Assembly: GCA_963665125.2 (NCBI GenBank)
Contig: CAXXUK010000001.1
Coordinates: forward strand, 3,104,001-3,168,000
Length of the DNA: 64,000 nt
Source of the DNA: an uncultured Desulfarculus sp.
GTDB lineage: Bacteria; Desulfobacterota; Desulfarculia; Desulfarculales; Desulfarculaceae
Reading direction: 5' to 3'
In this document: one piece after another, positions 52,247-61,974 of the stretch
Layout of the letters: each line of letters opens with the position of its first letter
How positions within the stretch are numbered: the stretch's first letter is position 1
Position numbers and translations under genes: made by a program
Notes under the pieces: generated by a model
Told to the model about the DNA's origin: nothing
Databases searched by the model: none
Seen by the model: the letters and a program-made list of their open reading frames with translations, nothing else

Positions 52247-52358
52247 CCAAGGCATAGCCAAGACAAAACCCCGGGGCCTGGCCGCCTCGGGGTTTTTTGT
52301 TATGTTCGCTTTGCCCGGAGCCGCCGCCAGGCGCTCCGGGCGTGTTTAGTGGCGCGGG

Positions 52359-54521
52359 TTAGAACTCCTCAAAGCCTTCCAGGTCCACGCCCTCAAAGAA
52401 ATCATCATTATTCGCCGCCGTCCGCTCTTTTTTGGCGGGTTCTTTGGGCTCGGGCCGCGCGTCCTGCTTGGGCGCCGGGGTCGGCTTGGGCGCCGGCGGC
52501 GTTTTATGCCCTGCAACCGCCGCCTTGGGTGGGGGCAGGACAGCCCTTTTAGGAGGCTCAACGACCTGGGACGGATACGGCTCAAACTGTTCTTCCTGTT
52601 CATCGATTCGGAATTGCCCCATTTGCAGCAGAAGGTCCTGGGCGGCGGAGGCCATTTCCTCGGAACTGCTGGCCGCCTCCTCCACCAGGGCCGCGTTGCG
52701 CTGAATCACATCGTCCATCTGGATAACGGCCTTGTTGACCTCGTCGATTCCCCGGGCCTGCTCCTGGGACGCCGCGGTGATTTCGGCTATGGTGTCGGCC
52801 ACGACCTGGACGTTTTTAATGATATCTCCGAGTAGAGCGCCGCTGCTTGTGACCAGCTCGTTGCCCAATTCCACCTTTTCCTGGCTGTCGGAGATAAGGG
52901 CCTGGATCTCCTTGGCCGCGTTGGCGCTCCGTCCCGCCAGGTTGCGCACCTCGCCCGCCACCACGGCAAAGCCCCTGCCCGCCTCACCGGCCCTGGCCGC
53001 CTCCACCGCGGCGTTGAGGGCCAGCAGGTTGGTCTGGAAGGCGATTTCGTTTACCACGGTAATAATGTCGGCGATTTTGCGGCTGCTGCCGGTTAACGCT
53101 GCCATGGCCTCCATTGTGCGTTTGACGGCCTGATCGCCTTCCTGTGCCATCTGAGCCGTACGCCGAGCCAGTTGATTGGCCTGGCGCGAGTTGTCCGCAT
53201 TGTTGCGCACGCTGGCGGTCATCTCCTCAAGGCTGCTTGCGGTCTCCTGGATTGCGCTGGCCTGTTCCTGGGTGCGCTGACTAAGGTCCTGGTTTCCGGC
53301 GCTGATTTGGTCGGCCGCGCCGCTGACCAGGCCCGCTGATTGAATAACGCCGCGCACGGTGTCCGACAGGCTTTCGGTCATCCGCTGTACGTCTCTGAGC
53401 ATCTGGCCCAGCTCATCCTGCCTGTCGAGGTGCTTTCGCCGCACCTTGTAGGTGAAATCGCCCCTAGCGGCAGTGCTCACGGCTTTGGCCGTGGTCTTTA
53501 CGGGTATGATGATCATGCGGGTGATGGCAACGGCAATCAAAAAGCCCAGCAACAACGCGGCGGCCAACCCGATGATCATGATCCATGAAGCCCTGGCCAG
53601 ATTTTCCGAGGCTTTGTCGGCAATTTTTTTTGTCTTAGTTATGCCCGACGAAGCCGTCAGGCGGATCGCACCAAGAAGTTCATCAACATATTCGCGCCGC
53701 TGTTCGGTGATTCTGTCGTTGTCCTTCCAAAGATCACCCAGTTGTTTCATGCTTTCTTTGTAGTCATCCGCGGCCTCATCTATGCTGGCGAGTTGATCCT
53801 TGTTGACCTGCTGATCGGTGATCAATCTTGCATTGGCAACCAATTGTTTTATTTCATCGAACTTGGTAGAGGCCTGTTCCAACTGCTCCAAGTTGTGCAT
53901 GGCCTGGGCTTTGAAGTTGGCTATGCGGATTTCATCGCCGGCGGTGATTATGTTGTTCGCAATAATGATTTTTCTCAACCGCCTGTTGCCGTCATATGCC
54001 GCTGCCGCCCGGTTTTCCTGTTTAACGGCGTCGTATTGGCTTTCCAGGTATGCATTGGTGTTTTTCACGAAAAGCTTGGCGGCTTTATCCAGATTCCACC
54101 GGTTTTCTGCAATCTTGCGTTTGTTTTCAATAGTCTTGGTCACCTGTTGGCGGTATCCGGCCAAAGTCTTTTCGATTACATCAAGACTTTTTCCGAGGTC
54201 TGCCAGCTGCGGGTATTTGGCAACCAGCCGCCTGGCGGTGATCAAACTTACATCCACCCTGATCAAGGCATCATTGCCCTGTTTCAGTTGGGTTGGATCG
54301 TTGTAGTAATTAAAACCGCGATGCTTGAACACCGCCCCCAGGACGCTTCGCTCAATCTCATTGGCAACGTCGACCTCGGGGACATAGGCTTGGTCGAGCA
54401 AATCCGATTCCCTGCCTGCGTCAATCATGCTGTAAATTGCCAAGCCACCCAGAAGCATGGAAATAGCAATCAATAGGCCGAACCCAATACTGATTTTTGT
54501 GCCTATTTTAAATTTGGTCAT
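52359..54521 (-). CDS. Methyl-accepting chemotaxis protein
   Basis: Two TM helices, periplasmic helical sensor, [35 protein letters not shown]-terminal FEEF; start at MTKFKIG. Confidence 0.96.
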   Translation of the reverse strand: MTKFKIGTKISIGFGLLIAISMLLGGLAIYSMIDAGRESDLLDQAYVPEVDVANEIERSVLGAVFKHRGFNYYNDPTQLKQGNDALIRVDVSLITARRLVAKYPQLADLGKSLDVIEKTLAGYRQQVTKTIENKRKIAENRWNLDKAAKLFVKNTNAYLESQYDAVKQENRAAAAYDGNRRLRKIIIANNIITAGDEIRIANFKAQAMHNLEQLEQASTKFDEIKQLVANARLITDQQVNKDQLASIDEAADDYKESMKQLGDLWKDNDRITEQRREYVDELLGAIRLTASSGITKTKKIADKASENLARASWIMIIGLAAALLLGFLIAVAITRMIIIPVKTTAKAVSTAARGDFTYKVRRKHLDRQDELGQMLRDVQRMTESLSDTVRGVIQSAGLVSGAADQISAGNQDLSQRTQEQASAIQETASSLEEMTASVRNNADNSRQANQLARRTAQMAQEGDQAVKRTMEAMAALTGSSRKIADIITVVNEIAFQTNLLALNAAVEAARAGEAGRGFAVVAGEVRNLAGRSANAAKEIQALISDSQEKVELGNELVTSSGALLGDIIKNVQVVADTIAEITAASQEQARGIDEVNKAVIQMDDVIQRNAALVEEAASSSEEMASAAQDLLLQMGQFRIDEQEEQFEPYPSQVVEPPKRAVLPPPKAAVAGHKTPPAPKPTPAPKQDARPEPKEPAKKERTAANNDDFFEGVDLEGFEEF

Positions 54522-54653
54522 ACTAAGCCCCGGGCTAAAGGTAGAATTGCGGCAACAATACCTATCACGCATTATGCTGATATTATGGTTCATTGTCCAC
54601 CGCAAGGCGCAACCGCACCTCAAGGGCAGATGGTATGCGCATTGGAATTGCAC

Positions 54654-55598
54654 ATGGCTGATAGAAAATTCGCCCCGCCGGAGGCCTACCGCAAGGCGGC
54701 AAGCAGGCTGCGCCGTTGGCTGCGGGCCTGCGTTCTTTGCCCCAGGGCATGCCGGGTCGACCGCCTGGCCGGAGAGCGGGGCTATTGCCGGGCCGCGGAA
54801 AAGGCCGTGGTAAATACGGCCCAGCTTCATCCGGGCGAAGAGCCGCCCATTAGCGGCCACAAAGGCTCGGGCACCGTGTTTTTCGCGGGCTGCACTCTGG
54901 GCTGCCGCTTTTGCCAGAACTACCGGATCAGCCAGGAAGGCTGGGGCGAGGAACTCAGCGACCAACAGCTGGCCGAACTTTTTCTGGAGTTGCAAAGCGC
55001 CGGGGCCCACAACATCAATCTGGTGACGCCCACGCCGCATCTGGCGGCTATTCTGGAGGCCCTGGCCATTGCCAGGGAAAAGGGTCTGGCCATACCCATC
55101 GTTTACAACACCAGCGGCTATGAGCGGGCGGCGACCATCCGCGCCCTTGACGGGCTTATAGAGATATATATGCCCGACTTCAAATACGCCGACGACCAAG
55201 CGGCCCAGCGACTGTCCGACGCCAAGGATTACGTGCGCCACGCCAGCGCCTCCCTGGAGGAGATGTTCAGCCAGGTGGGCAATTTGCGGTTCGACGACAA
55301 CGGCGTGGCCACCGAAGGCGTGCTGGTGCGCCATCTTGTGCTGCCCAACGGCCTGGCCGGTACCAGGTGGGTTTTGGGCGAACTGGTTCGCATCTGCGGC
55401 AGAAACGTCGCGGTCAGCCTGATGAGCCAGTATTTCCCGACTCACAAGGCCATGCAGACCAAGGGCATCGACAGGCCCATCACCAACGCCGAATACGCCG
55501 AGGCCCGCCAGGCCATGGACGATGCGGGCATCCGCCTGGGCTTTGTCCAAAGCCTCCATTCGGCCAATGATGAGCTTGTACCGCGCTTCAGACGCTAA
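54654..55598 (+). CDS. Radical SAM protein, PflX-like
   Basis: [34 protein letters not shown] and VRHLVLP motifs. Confidence 0.92.
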   Translation: MADRKFAPPEAYRKAASRLRRWLRACVLCPRACRVDRLAGERGYCRAAEKAVVNTAQLHPGEEPPISGHKGSGTVFFAGCTLGCRFCQNYRISQEGWGEELSDQQLAELFLELQSAGAHNINLVTPTPHLAAILEALAIAREKGLAIPIVYNTSGYERAATIRALDGLIEIYMPDFKYADDQAAQRLSDAKDYVRHASASLEEMFSQVGNLRFDDNGVATEGVLVRHLVLPNGLAGTRWVLGELVRICGRNVAVSLMSQYFPTHKAMQTKGIDRPITNAEYAEARQAMDDAGIRLGFVQSLHSANDELVPRFRR

Positions 55599-55690
55599 AT
55601 ATACCTTGGCTCAAGCCGCCGTATCGTGGCATCTTCTGGAGACCCGTTCCATAATGGCAACTACTTCTTGGCGGGAGTGATTTCATTTCA

Positions 55691-56995
55691 ATGAGTCGCG
55701 AGCACTGGTCATCCGGACTTGGATTTATTCTGGCCTGCGTGGGCTGCGCCATCGGCCTGGGCAACATCTGGCTTTTCCCCTGGCGGTTCAGCGCCTTTGG
55801 CGGCGTCACCTTTCTGGTGCCCTATTTATTGTTCACCTTCTTCCTGGTCATCTTCGGCCTGATGGCCGAGCTGGCCCTGGGCCGCAAGGCCCAAAGCGGC
55901 ACCATCGGCGCATTCGAAGCGGTCTATCCGCCCCAAAAGCGCAACCTGGCCAGACTCACGGGCTGGTACCAGATCATCGCCCAGACCGGGCTTACGGTCT
56001 TTTACCTGGTGGTCATGGGCTGGCTGTTCCGCTACACCTATCTGGCCCTCAGTGGAAAACTTTACGTTAAAGGCTTGGCGGACGGATTCGGCCAATTCAG
56101 CGGCAGCGGGGCGGTGGTGCCCTGGCATATCCTGGCCGTGGCCGTATGCACCGGCGTGGTGGCCCTGGGCGTAAAGGGCGGCCTGGAACGCCTCAACAAG
56201 CTGGCTATGCCCCTGTTGTTCGTCCTTTTGGCGGCCCTGCTGATCCGCACCCTGACCCTGCCCGGCGCGGGAGAGGGCCTGGCCAGCATGTTCCAGCCCA
56301 AGTGGCATCTTCTGGCCTCGTCGGAAATATGGGTCATGGCCTTGGGCCAAAGCTTCTTCACGGTGAGCCTGGGCGGCATGCTGATCTACGGCTCCTATCT
56401 GACCCGAAGCGTGGATCTGCCCAAGGCCTCGTTCTGGATCGTCAGCACCAATTTCGCCGCCTCCATGCTGGCCGCCCTGATCATCATACCGGCGGCCCAC
56501 TCCTTTGGCCTGGACATGACCCGTGGCCCCGGCCTGCTTTTTTTGACCATGCCCGAGATTTTCAAGCAGATGCCCGCGGGCGTTTTTTTCGGGGGCCTGT
56601 TTTTCATCAGCGTGCTTTTGGCCGGCGTCTCATCGGCGGTGAACCTCATTGAAGTGCCCACCGAGGCTTTGATGCACGCCTTTGGCCTGCGCAGGCCCTC
56701 CGCGGCCCTGGTGATTGGGCTGGTCTGTCTGGCCGTGGGCCTGCCCCTGGCCGTGAGTATGCCCCGCTTCGGGCTTTTCGTGGACACGGTGACGGTGTAC
56801 CTGTACCCCCTGGGCGTGTTGACCATAGCCATCGCCTCGGCCTGGGTCTGGGGCAAGGGCCGGGCCCGGCGGGAGCTGGCCCTTGGGTCATCCATCAGCA
56901 TCGGCCCGTGGTATGACGGCTATCTGCGATATGTTTTCGTGGGTGTGTGCATAGCCGTCATAATCCTGCACGTCAGCTACGGCGGCATTGGCTGA
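55691..56995 (+). CDS. Sodium-dependent NSS/SNF family transporter
   Basis: WSSGLGFILACVGCAIGLGNIWLFP signature; multiple TM helices. Confidence 0.93.
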   Translation: MSREHWSSGLGFILACVGCAIGLGNIWLFPWRFSAFGGVTFLVPYLLFTFFLVIFGLMAELALGRKAQSGTIGAFEAVYPPQKRNLARLTGWYQIIAQTGLTVFYLVVMGWLFRYTYLALSGKLYVKGLADGFGQFSGSGAVVPWHILAVAVCTGVVALGVKGGLERLNKLAMPLLFVLLAALLIRTLTLPGAGEGLASMFQPKWHLLASSEIWVMALGQSFFTVSLGGMLIYGSYLTRSVDLPKASFWIVSTNFAASMLAALIIIPAAHSFGLDMTRGPGLLFLTMPEIFKQMPAGVFFGGLFFISVLLAGVSSAVNLIEVPTEALMHAFGLRRPSAALVIGLVCLAVGLPLAVSMPRFGLFVDTVTVYLYPLGVLTIAIASAWVWGKGRARRELALGSSISIGPWYDGYLRYVFVGVCIAVIILHVSYGGIG

Positions 56996-57018
56996 GCTTT
57001 TCCGCTACACTTGGCTCC

Positions 57019-57657
57019 ATGACCGACAACCGTCCTCAAAAAATCCTGGTTTTTCAACAAAACCACTCGGGCGAGGCCAAGGTCCGGGGCATCGGCCAAT
57101 ACGGCGGCCAGGGCTTTGACCTGGAGCTTATACCCGTCACCGGCGCCCTGCCCGAATTCGTGGAAGATCCGGAAAAACATCTGCCCAAAAAAATCCGGGC
57201 CGATCTGGTCCTGGACTATCTAAAGCACCCGGATCTGTCCCTGGAGTTGGCCCATATTTGCCGGCGCAACAACGTGCCAGTGGTGGCTTCGGGCAAAAAA
57301 TGGCGTCTGCACGGCGTCATGTCCCCGCCCACCTGCTGCGCCCTGCCCGAAGACCCCGGCCTGGGCCGCTATGGCCAATGTTTCGGCACGCCAAAGTTCG
57401 AGCTTACGCTCAAAGGCGGCGCAATCGAGCAATGCCGGGTCCTGCGTGGAGCGCCCTGCGGGGCCACCTGGCAGGCTGCCGAGCAAATGTCCGGGGTGCC
57501 CGTGGCGGACGCCTGCCGCTCCATGGGCCTGATCAGCCAGTTTCACTGCGTGGCCGATTCGGCTGCCTGGGACCCCATCTCCGGCAAGAGCCCGGTGCAC
57601 ATCGCCGCCGAACTGCACGAAGCGGCCATGCGTAAGGCTCTTAAAAATTCTTTGTAA
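57019..57657 (+). CDS. DUF166 family protein
   Basis: HPDLS, PTCCAL, FGTP, VLRGAPCGATW and HIAAELH motifs. Confidence 0.8.
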   Translation: MTDNRPQKILVFQQNHSGEAKVRGIGQYGGQGFDLELIPVTGALPEFVEDPEKHLPKKIRADLVLDYLKHPDLSLELAHICRRNNVPVVASGKKWRLHGVMSPPTCCALPEDPGLGRYGQCFGTPKFELTLKGGAIEQCRVLRGAPCGATWQAAEQMSGVPVADACRSMGLISQFHCVADSAAWDPISGKSPVHIAAELHEAAMRKALKNSL

Positions 57658-57737
57658 TCCCACCGGACTCCCGCGCGTCCCCCTAGTATACTTGCCGTTA
57701 TAGGCGTCAATGTTTGACCGCACCAAAGGCCTCTGGC

Positions 57738-59252
57738 ATGAACCTACTTTTCTGGTTTCAAAAACGCTTCCGCCGTCCCCACGACGAGCATCTTGCCCAG
57801 ACCTTCTACAACATGGGCAACCAGTTGGCCAAGACCGGCCAGGCCACCGAGGCCCTGGAAAAATACCGTCAGGCATTGGATATTTTCAGCGATCTGCGCC
57901 AAAAGCAGCCTGAAAAATTCAATTACGATTTAGCCAAGACGAGCAGTCGACTGGGCCTGTTGCTGGGAGAAATGGGCCGCTACGAAGAGTCGGCCTCAGC
58001 CCACCTCCAGGCCCTGGAGATATTCCGGAATCTGGCCCAAAAGCGCCCTGGGCAACACCTGGTCGACGTTGCCGATTCCTGCAACAACCTTGGCATCAAT
58101 TTGGCCGCCTGGGGCCGCCCGGCCGAAGCCTCCGATTATTATCTGGAGGCCTTGGGTCTCTACCGCGACCTGGACAAAATCAGACCGGGCTCATACATCG
58201 CCAAAATAGCCCACGTTCAAACCAACCTGGGCAATCTGCTGGCCCGCCAAGGCCATGTCCAAGAGGCCAAGGACATGTATTTCCAGGCCATGGACGTTCT
58301 AATCAAGCTGGCCGCCGAGGCACCCCGGCAACACCAGGAAACCCTGGCCGTGACCTGCAATAACCTGGCCGCTCTGCTCACGGGCCTGGAGGACTACGAA
58401 CCGGCCCGGCAGCTATACCAACAATGCCTGGATATGCGCCGCCAGATGGAAGCCGACGCTCCGGGGAACCACCGCTGCGACCTGGCCCAGGTTCTCAATA
58501 ACCTGGGCAACCTGCGGGCCAAGCAAAATCAATACGCCCAAGCTGCGGAATATCTCGGCGAGGCCATGGAAATCATGCGCCAATTGGCCAGGGAGGAACC
58601 GGCGCTGCACCTGGACCAATACGCCACCGCCTGCCACAATCTGGGGGCCGTCCGGGCGGACATGGGCCATGTAGACATGGCGGAAAAGCTTTACTCACGG
58701 GCCCTGGAGATCCGCCGCAAGCTGGCCAAGGGGCAGCCTGAGCAAATGGCGCCTTACGTGGCCGTCAGCGCGAACTATCTTGGCCTGCTTTACTGTGAAA
58801 CCAACCGCCTGGCCCAAGCCGCCCCCATGTTGGCCGAGGCCCTGCGGAACTATTTCTGGCTATACCGGCGGGACCAACAGATCTACCGGAAAAACCTCTT
58901 TTTCGTACTCAAGCTCATCGAGGACATGGCGGGCAGTCACGGTTTCAACGGGCAGCGCCAGTGGCTCGGCGAGCTTTGGCAAGACATGTTGCAGCGGTTT
59001 GAATGCAATCTGGTCTACATCGCCGACGACCTGGCCGATATTTTCCGCAAGTTCCAGGCCGACGATTTGGCCCTGGAGGCCCGGGTGTTCATCAAAATTG
59101 CCCTGGATGACATGCACCACGAGCAGGCCGGCCAGGCCGCCGAGGACCTGGACGCCATTTGCGCCGAGCTGGGTCCCTGGGCCGCCAAGGCCCGACCCGA
59201 ACTGGAGCGGCGCTTGCAGCCTTTTTCAAGCGCCGAACGCACCGTTCACTGA
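57738..59252 (+). CDS. Tetratricopeptide repeat protein (long-repeat type)
   Basis: About 8 repeats of A...NNLG......G....A...Y..AL.I.R.LA. Confidence 0.9.
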   Translation: MNLLFWFQKRFRRPHDEHLAQTFYNMGNQLAKTGQATEALEKYRQALDIFSDLRQKQPEKFNYDLAKTSSRLGLLLGEMGRYEESASAHLQALEIFRNLAQKRPGQHLVDVADSCNNLGINLAAWGRPAEASDYYLEALGLYRDLDKIRPGSYIAKIAHVQTNLGNLLARQGHVQEAKDMYFQAMDVLIKLAAEAPRQHQETLAVTCNNLAALLTGLEDYEPARQLYQQCLDMRRQMEADAPGNHRCDLAQVLNNLGNLRAKQNQYAQAAEYLGEAMEIMRQLAREEPALHLDQYATACHNLGAVRADMGHVDMAEKLYSRALEIRRKLAKGQPEQMAPYVAVSANYLGLLYCETNRLAQAAPMLAEALRNYFWLYRRDQQIYRKNLFFVLKLIEDMAGSHGFNGQRQWLGELWQDMLQRFECNLVYIADDLADIFRKFQADDLALEARVFIKIALDDMHHEQAGQAAEDLDAICAELGPWAAKARPELERRLQPFSSAERTVH

Positions 59253-59342
59253 GCCGCAGACCAGCCCGCCCGATACGACGCGAAACCCCGGAGGCATTAC
59301 AACCTCCGGGGCTTTTCTTTTGGTTCCGGCGTCCGCCGAGGT

Positions 59343-61214
59343 TTAGACCTCGTTCTCCTTGAACGGCATATCCAGTTCGTACACGCCGCCGTCCAGCCGA
59401 GCCTTGACCGAAAGGCCGCTGTGCTCGAAGACCTTCATCATCGAGACGTTGTTGGCCAAGACATCGGCGGTAAAGCCCTTGAGGCCGTGCTTCCTGGCCG
59501 CGACTTTCAGCAGCTTGAGCATCAGCGAAGCCAGCCCCCTGCCCTGATATTGCTCGTCGACGACAAAGGCCACATCGGCATAGGGCCTGTCTTCATGGCG
59601 CACGTAGCGGGCCTCGCCGATGATATGGCCCTGGCCCGGCCGGCCCAGCAGAGCCACTATGGACATTGTCTTGCGGTAGTCGACATTGACGTATTCCTGC
59701 ATCTTGGAGTGGGGCATGCTCTTGATGGGGCTGAAATAGCGGTAGTACACCGACTGATCCGAAAACCGGTAGAACAGCTGGCGCATCTCGTCTTCGTCCG
59801 ACGGCCTGATGGCCCTGAAACGCACCAGCAGGTCGCCCTTGACCGTGTGTTCCTCGGTGAACTCGTCGGGATAAAGATGGGCGCTGTCGGCCAGGTATAT
59901 CTGGTCCTTGTAAATGATATTGGCTTGTTTGGCCTGTTCCACCAGGGCCGGTCTGTCGCCGGGATGGGCGATGTCGATCATGGCCTGGGCCCGTTCGCGC
60001 AGGCTGCGGCCCTGCATGTTGGCCACTCCGTATTCGGTGATGATCATATCCACCGACTCGCGCATGCCGAACAGGTTGGGGTAGCCCTGGATGTCCATGA
60101 CGATGTTTGCGTCGCCGTCGCGGTTTCGGCTGGGCAGGGCGAATATGGTCTTGCCGCCGTGTGACAGCTCGGCGCCGTTGATGAAGTCGGCGGCCTCGCC
60201 CGTCTCGGCCACGATGTTGCCCTTGCCGGCATGAAGGGCCACCCGGCCGCTGAGGTCAACCTTGCGGGCGGGGAAGATGGCCATGAAGTTGCGGTTCTTG
60301 CCGATTTGCACCGGGTCGAAGACCTTGTCGATGCCCTGGAAATCAACCATCGGATTCTTATCCAGCCACAGCATCAATTCCTTGGTGCCCAGGGCGTAGG
60401 AGGCCAGACAGCGGCCCTTAAATGAATGCTTGTACCGGTTGGTGACCGCGCCGCTGACGACCAGGTCCATCATGGAGTCGGTGAAAAACGCCGTGTGGAC
60501 GCCCAGATTCTTTTTTCGCACCAAGTGCTTGGTCAGCGATTCGTACAGCGGGCCCAAACTGTAGCTCAGGCAGGCTCCGTCTTCGATGACCGACGACACG
60601 TTGCCCGCCACCCGGTCGAAAACCTCGTCGGTGGGCCAGCGCGCGAAATAGATCGGCGCCTCCTTGCCCTCGATGAGATAGTCGAAATCGGAAAGGGGAA
60701 CAAAGGTGTCGCCATAGGTCATGGGCACCTGTTCATTTATTTCGCCGATAAGAATGTCGGCCTGGTCCATGACCATCCGGGCCACGTCCACTGCCATGCC
60801 CAGAGAGCAATACCCGGCCTCGTTGGGCGGGGTTATCTGGATCACGGCCACATCCGAGCGCAGACGGCCCTGCTTGATCAACAGGGGCAACCTGGCAAAA
60901 CGGCTGGGAATAAGGTCGACCTGGCCCATGGCGATTGGGTCGCTGGCTATCCAGCCGGAAAAAAAGGTGCGCAGTCTGAACTTGTAGGAACTAAGCGTGT
61001 TGCGGGTGACGGCATCGCCAAGGCTGACCAGTTGGACCAATTCCAGGTCCTGCACATTGACGCTTTCGCTGCCGAGCAGGGTCTTGATAAATGTGCGGGG
61101 TTCGGCCACGCCGGTGCTGATGAACACGCTCATGCCTGGTTCGAGCTTGCTGATCACTGTTTCCGGCGCAACAGTCTTTTGGCGCCAATCGTCTTTAGGC
61201 TTTCGTAGCAGCAT
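59343..61214 (-). CDS. Acetyl-CoA hydrolase/transferase domain fused to a C-terminal GNAT acetyltransferase
   Basis: GYCSLG, EINEQVP.TYGD and ITEYGVA...SLRERA motifs; GNAT VAFVVDEQYQGRGLA and ADVLANN..M. Confidence 0.9.
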   Translation of the reverse strand: MLLRKPKDDWRQKTVAPETVISKLEPGMSVFISTGVAEPRTFIKTLLGSESVNVQDLELVQLVSLGDAVTRNTLSSYKFRLRTFFSGWIASDPIAMGQVDLIPSRFARLPLLIKQGRLRSDVAVIQITPPNEAGYCSLGMAVDVARMVMDQADILIGEINEQVPMTYGDTFVPLSDFDYLIEGKEAPIYFARWPTDEVFDRVAGNVSSVIEDGACLSYSLGPLYESLTKHLVRKKNLGVHTAFFTDSMMDLVVSGAVTNRYKHSFKGRCLASYALGTKELMLWLDKNPMVDFQGIDKVFDPVQIGKNRNFMAIFPARKVDLSGRVALHAGKGNIVAETGEAADFINGAELSHGGKTIFALPSRNRDGDANIVMDIQGYPNLFGMRESVDMIITEYGVANMQGRSLRERAQAMIDIAHPGDRPALVEQAKQANIIYKDQIYLADSAHLYPDEFTEEHTVKGDLLVRFRAIRPSDEDEMRQLFYRFSDQSVYYRYFSPIKSMPHSKMQEYVNVDYRKTMSIVALLGRPGQGHIIGEARYVRHEDRPYADVAFVVDEQYQGRGLASLMLKLLKVAARKHGLKGFTADVLANNVSMMKVFEHSGLSVKARLDGGVYELDMPFKENEV

Positions 61215-61482
61215 GTTTATTTATCTCCCGCGGCGGGGCCGCGCTTGCGGATCGAACACAGGGGCGTTGTTTCATTATGTACCGCTTGTCCGGCCTGCAA
61301 ACAACAATCTTTCGTCTATTTAGGGGCATTTTTGTGAATTAATACACATAACGAGCGCTCTATTTACACCTGCCCGGCGCCTTTCTTTTTTATCCGCTAA
61401 TTGGTATATGAATTGGTGACATGAAATTGGCCCGGCTTGATTCGCGTGAGCCAGGGGGGAACAGCAAGCCAAAGGTTAAAGC

Positions 61483-61848
61483 ATGCGCTCAATGCACATC
61501 ATTTACCGTGTAATCCTAACTATTTCCATTTTTTGGGTCGTGTGGTGCTCCGCCGCCGCCGCCGCGGAGCTGGTCGTGGAGGTGCTGGACAACACCGGCG
61601 ATCCGGTGGCCGGGGCGACCGTCAACGCCACCGGCAAGGCATTTAAGAACCATAGCCCAACCGACGAAGCAGGATACGCCTTTTTCCGGGATGTCCCAAA
61701 AATCATCGTAGACATCACCGTGGGGCTCGAGGGATTCACCCAGGAAAGCGCGGTGGTGGACATGCGCCTGAACCGTTCCAGGGAGGTCAAGGTCGTCCTG
61801 ACCCAGGTGGTCGGCCTGGAAGAATTGCTGAATCTACCGTCTCCCTAG
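61483..61848 (+). CDS. Exported carboxypeptidase-regulatory-like domain protein
   Basis: Signal peptide; VLDNTGDPVAGATV..TDEAG.A.F pattern. Confidence 0.8.
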   Translation: MRSMHIIYRVILTISIFWVVWCSAAAAAELVVEVLDNTGDPVAGATVNATGKAFKNHSPTDEAGYAFFRDVPKIIVDITVGLEGFTQESAVVDMRLNRSREVKVVLTQVVGLEELLNLPSP

Positions 61849-61974
61849 CGGAAAATTGAAATCATACCGCCTGAAGTATGAAAGCCGCCCGGCCAAAGCG
61901 AGGTTTGGCCGGGCAGCCTTGTTTGCATTTCCGGGTCGGAACCGAATTCATCGGCCGGGCTCCGTTACGCCCCG

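Noticed and set aside
54522..55559. N-terminal extension of the MCP ORF to 1066 aa in the track
   Set aside because: It is the antisense of the PflX-like gene; the MCP begins at MTKFKIG (54521).
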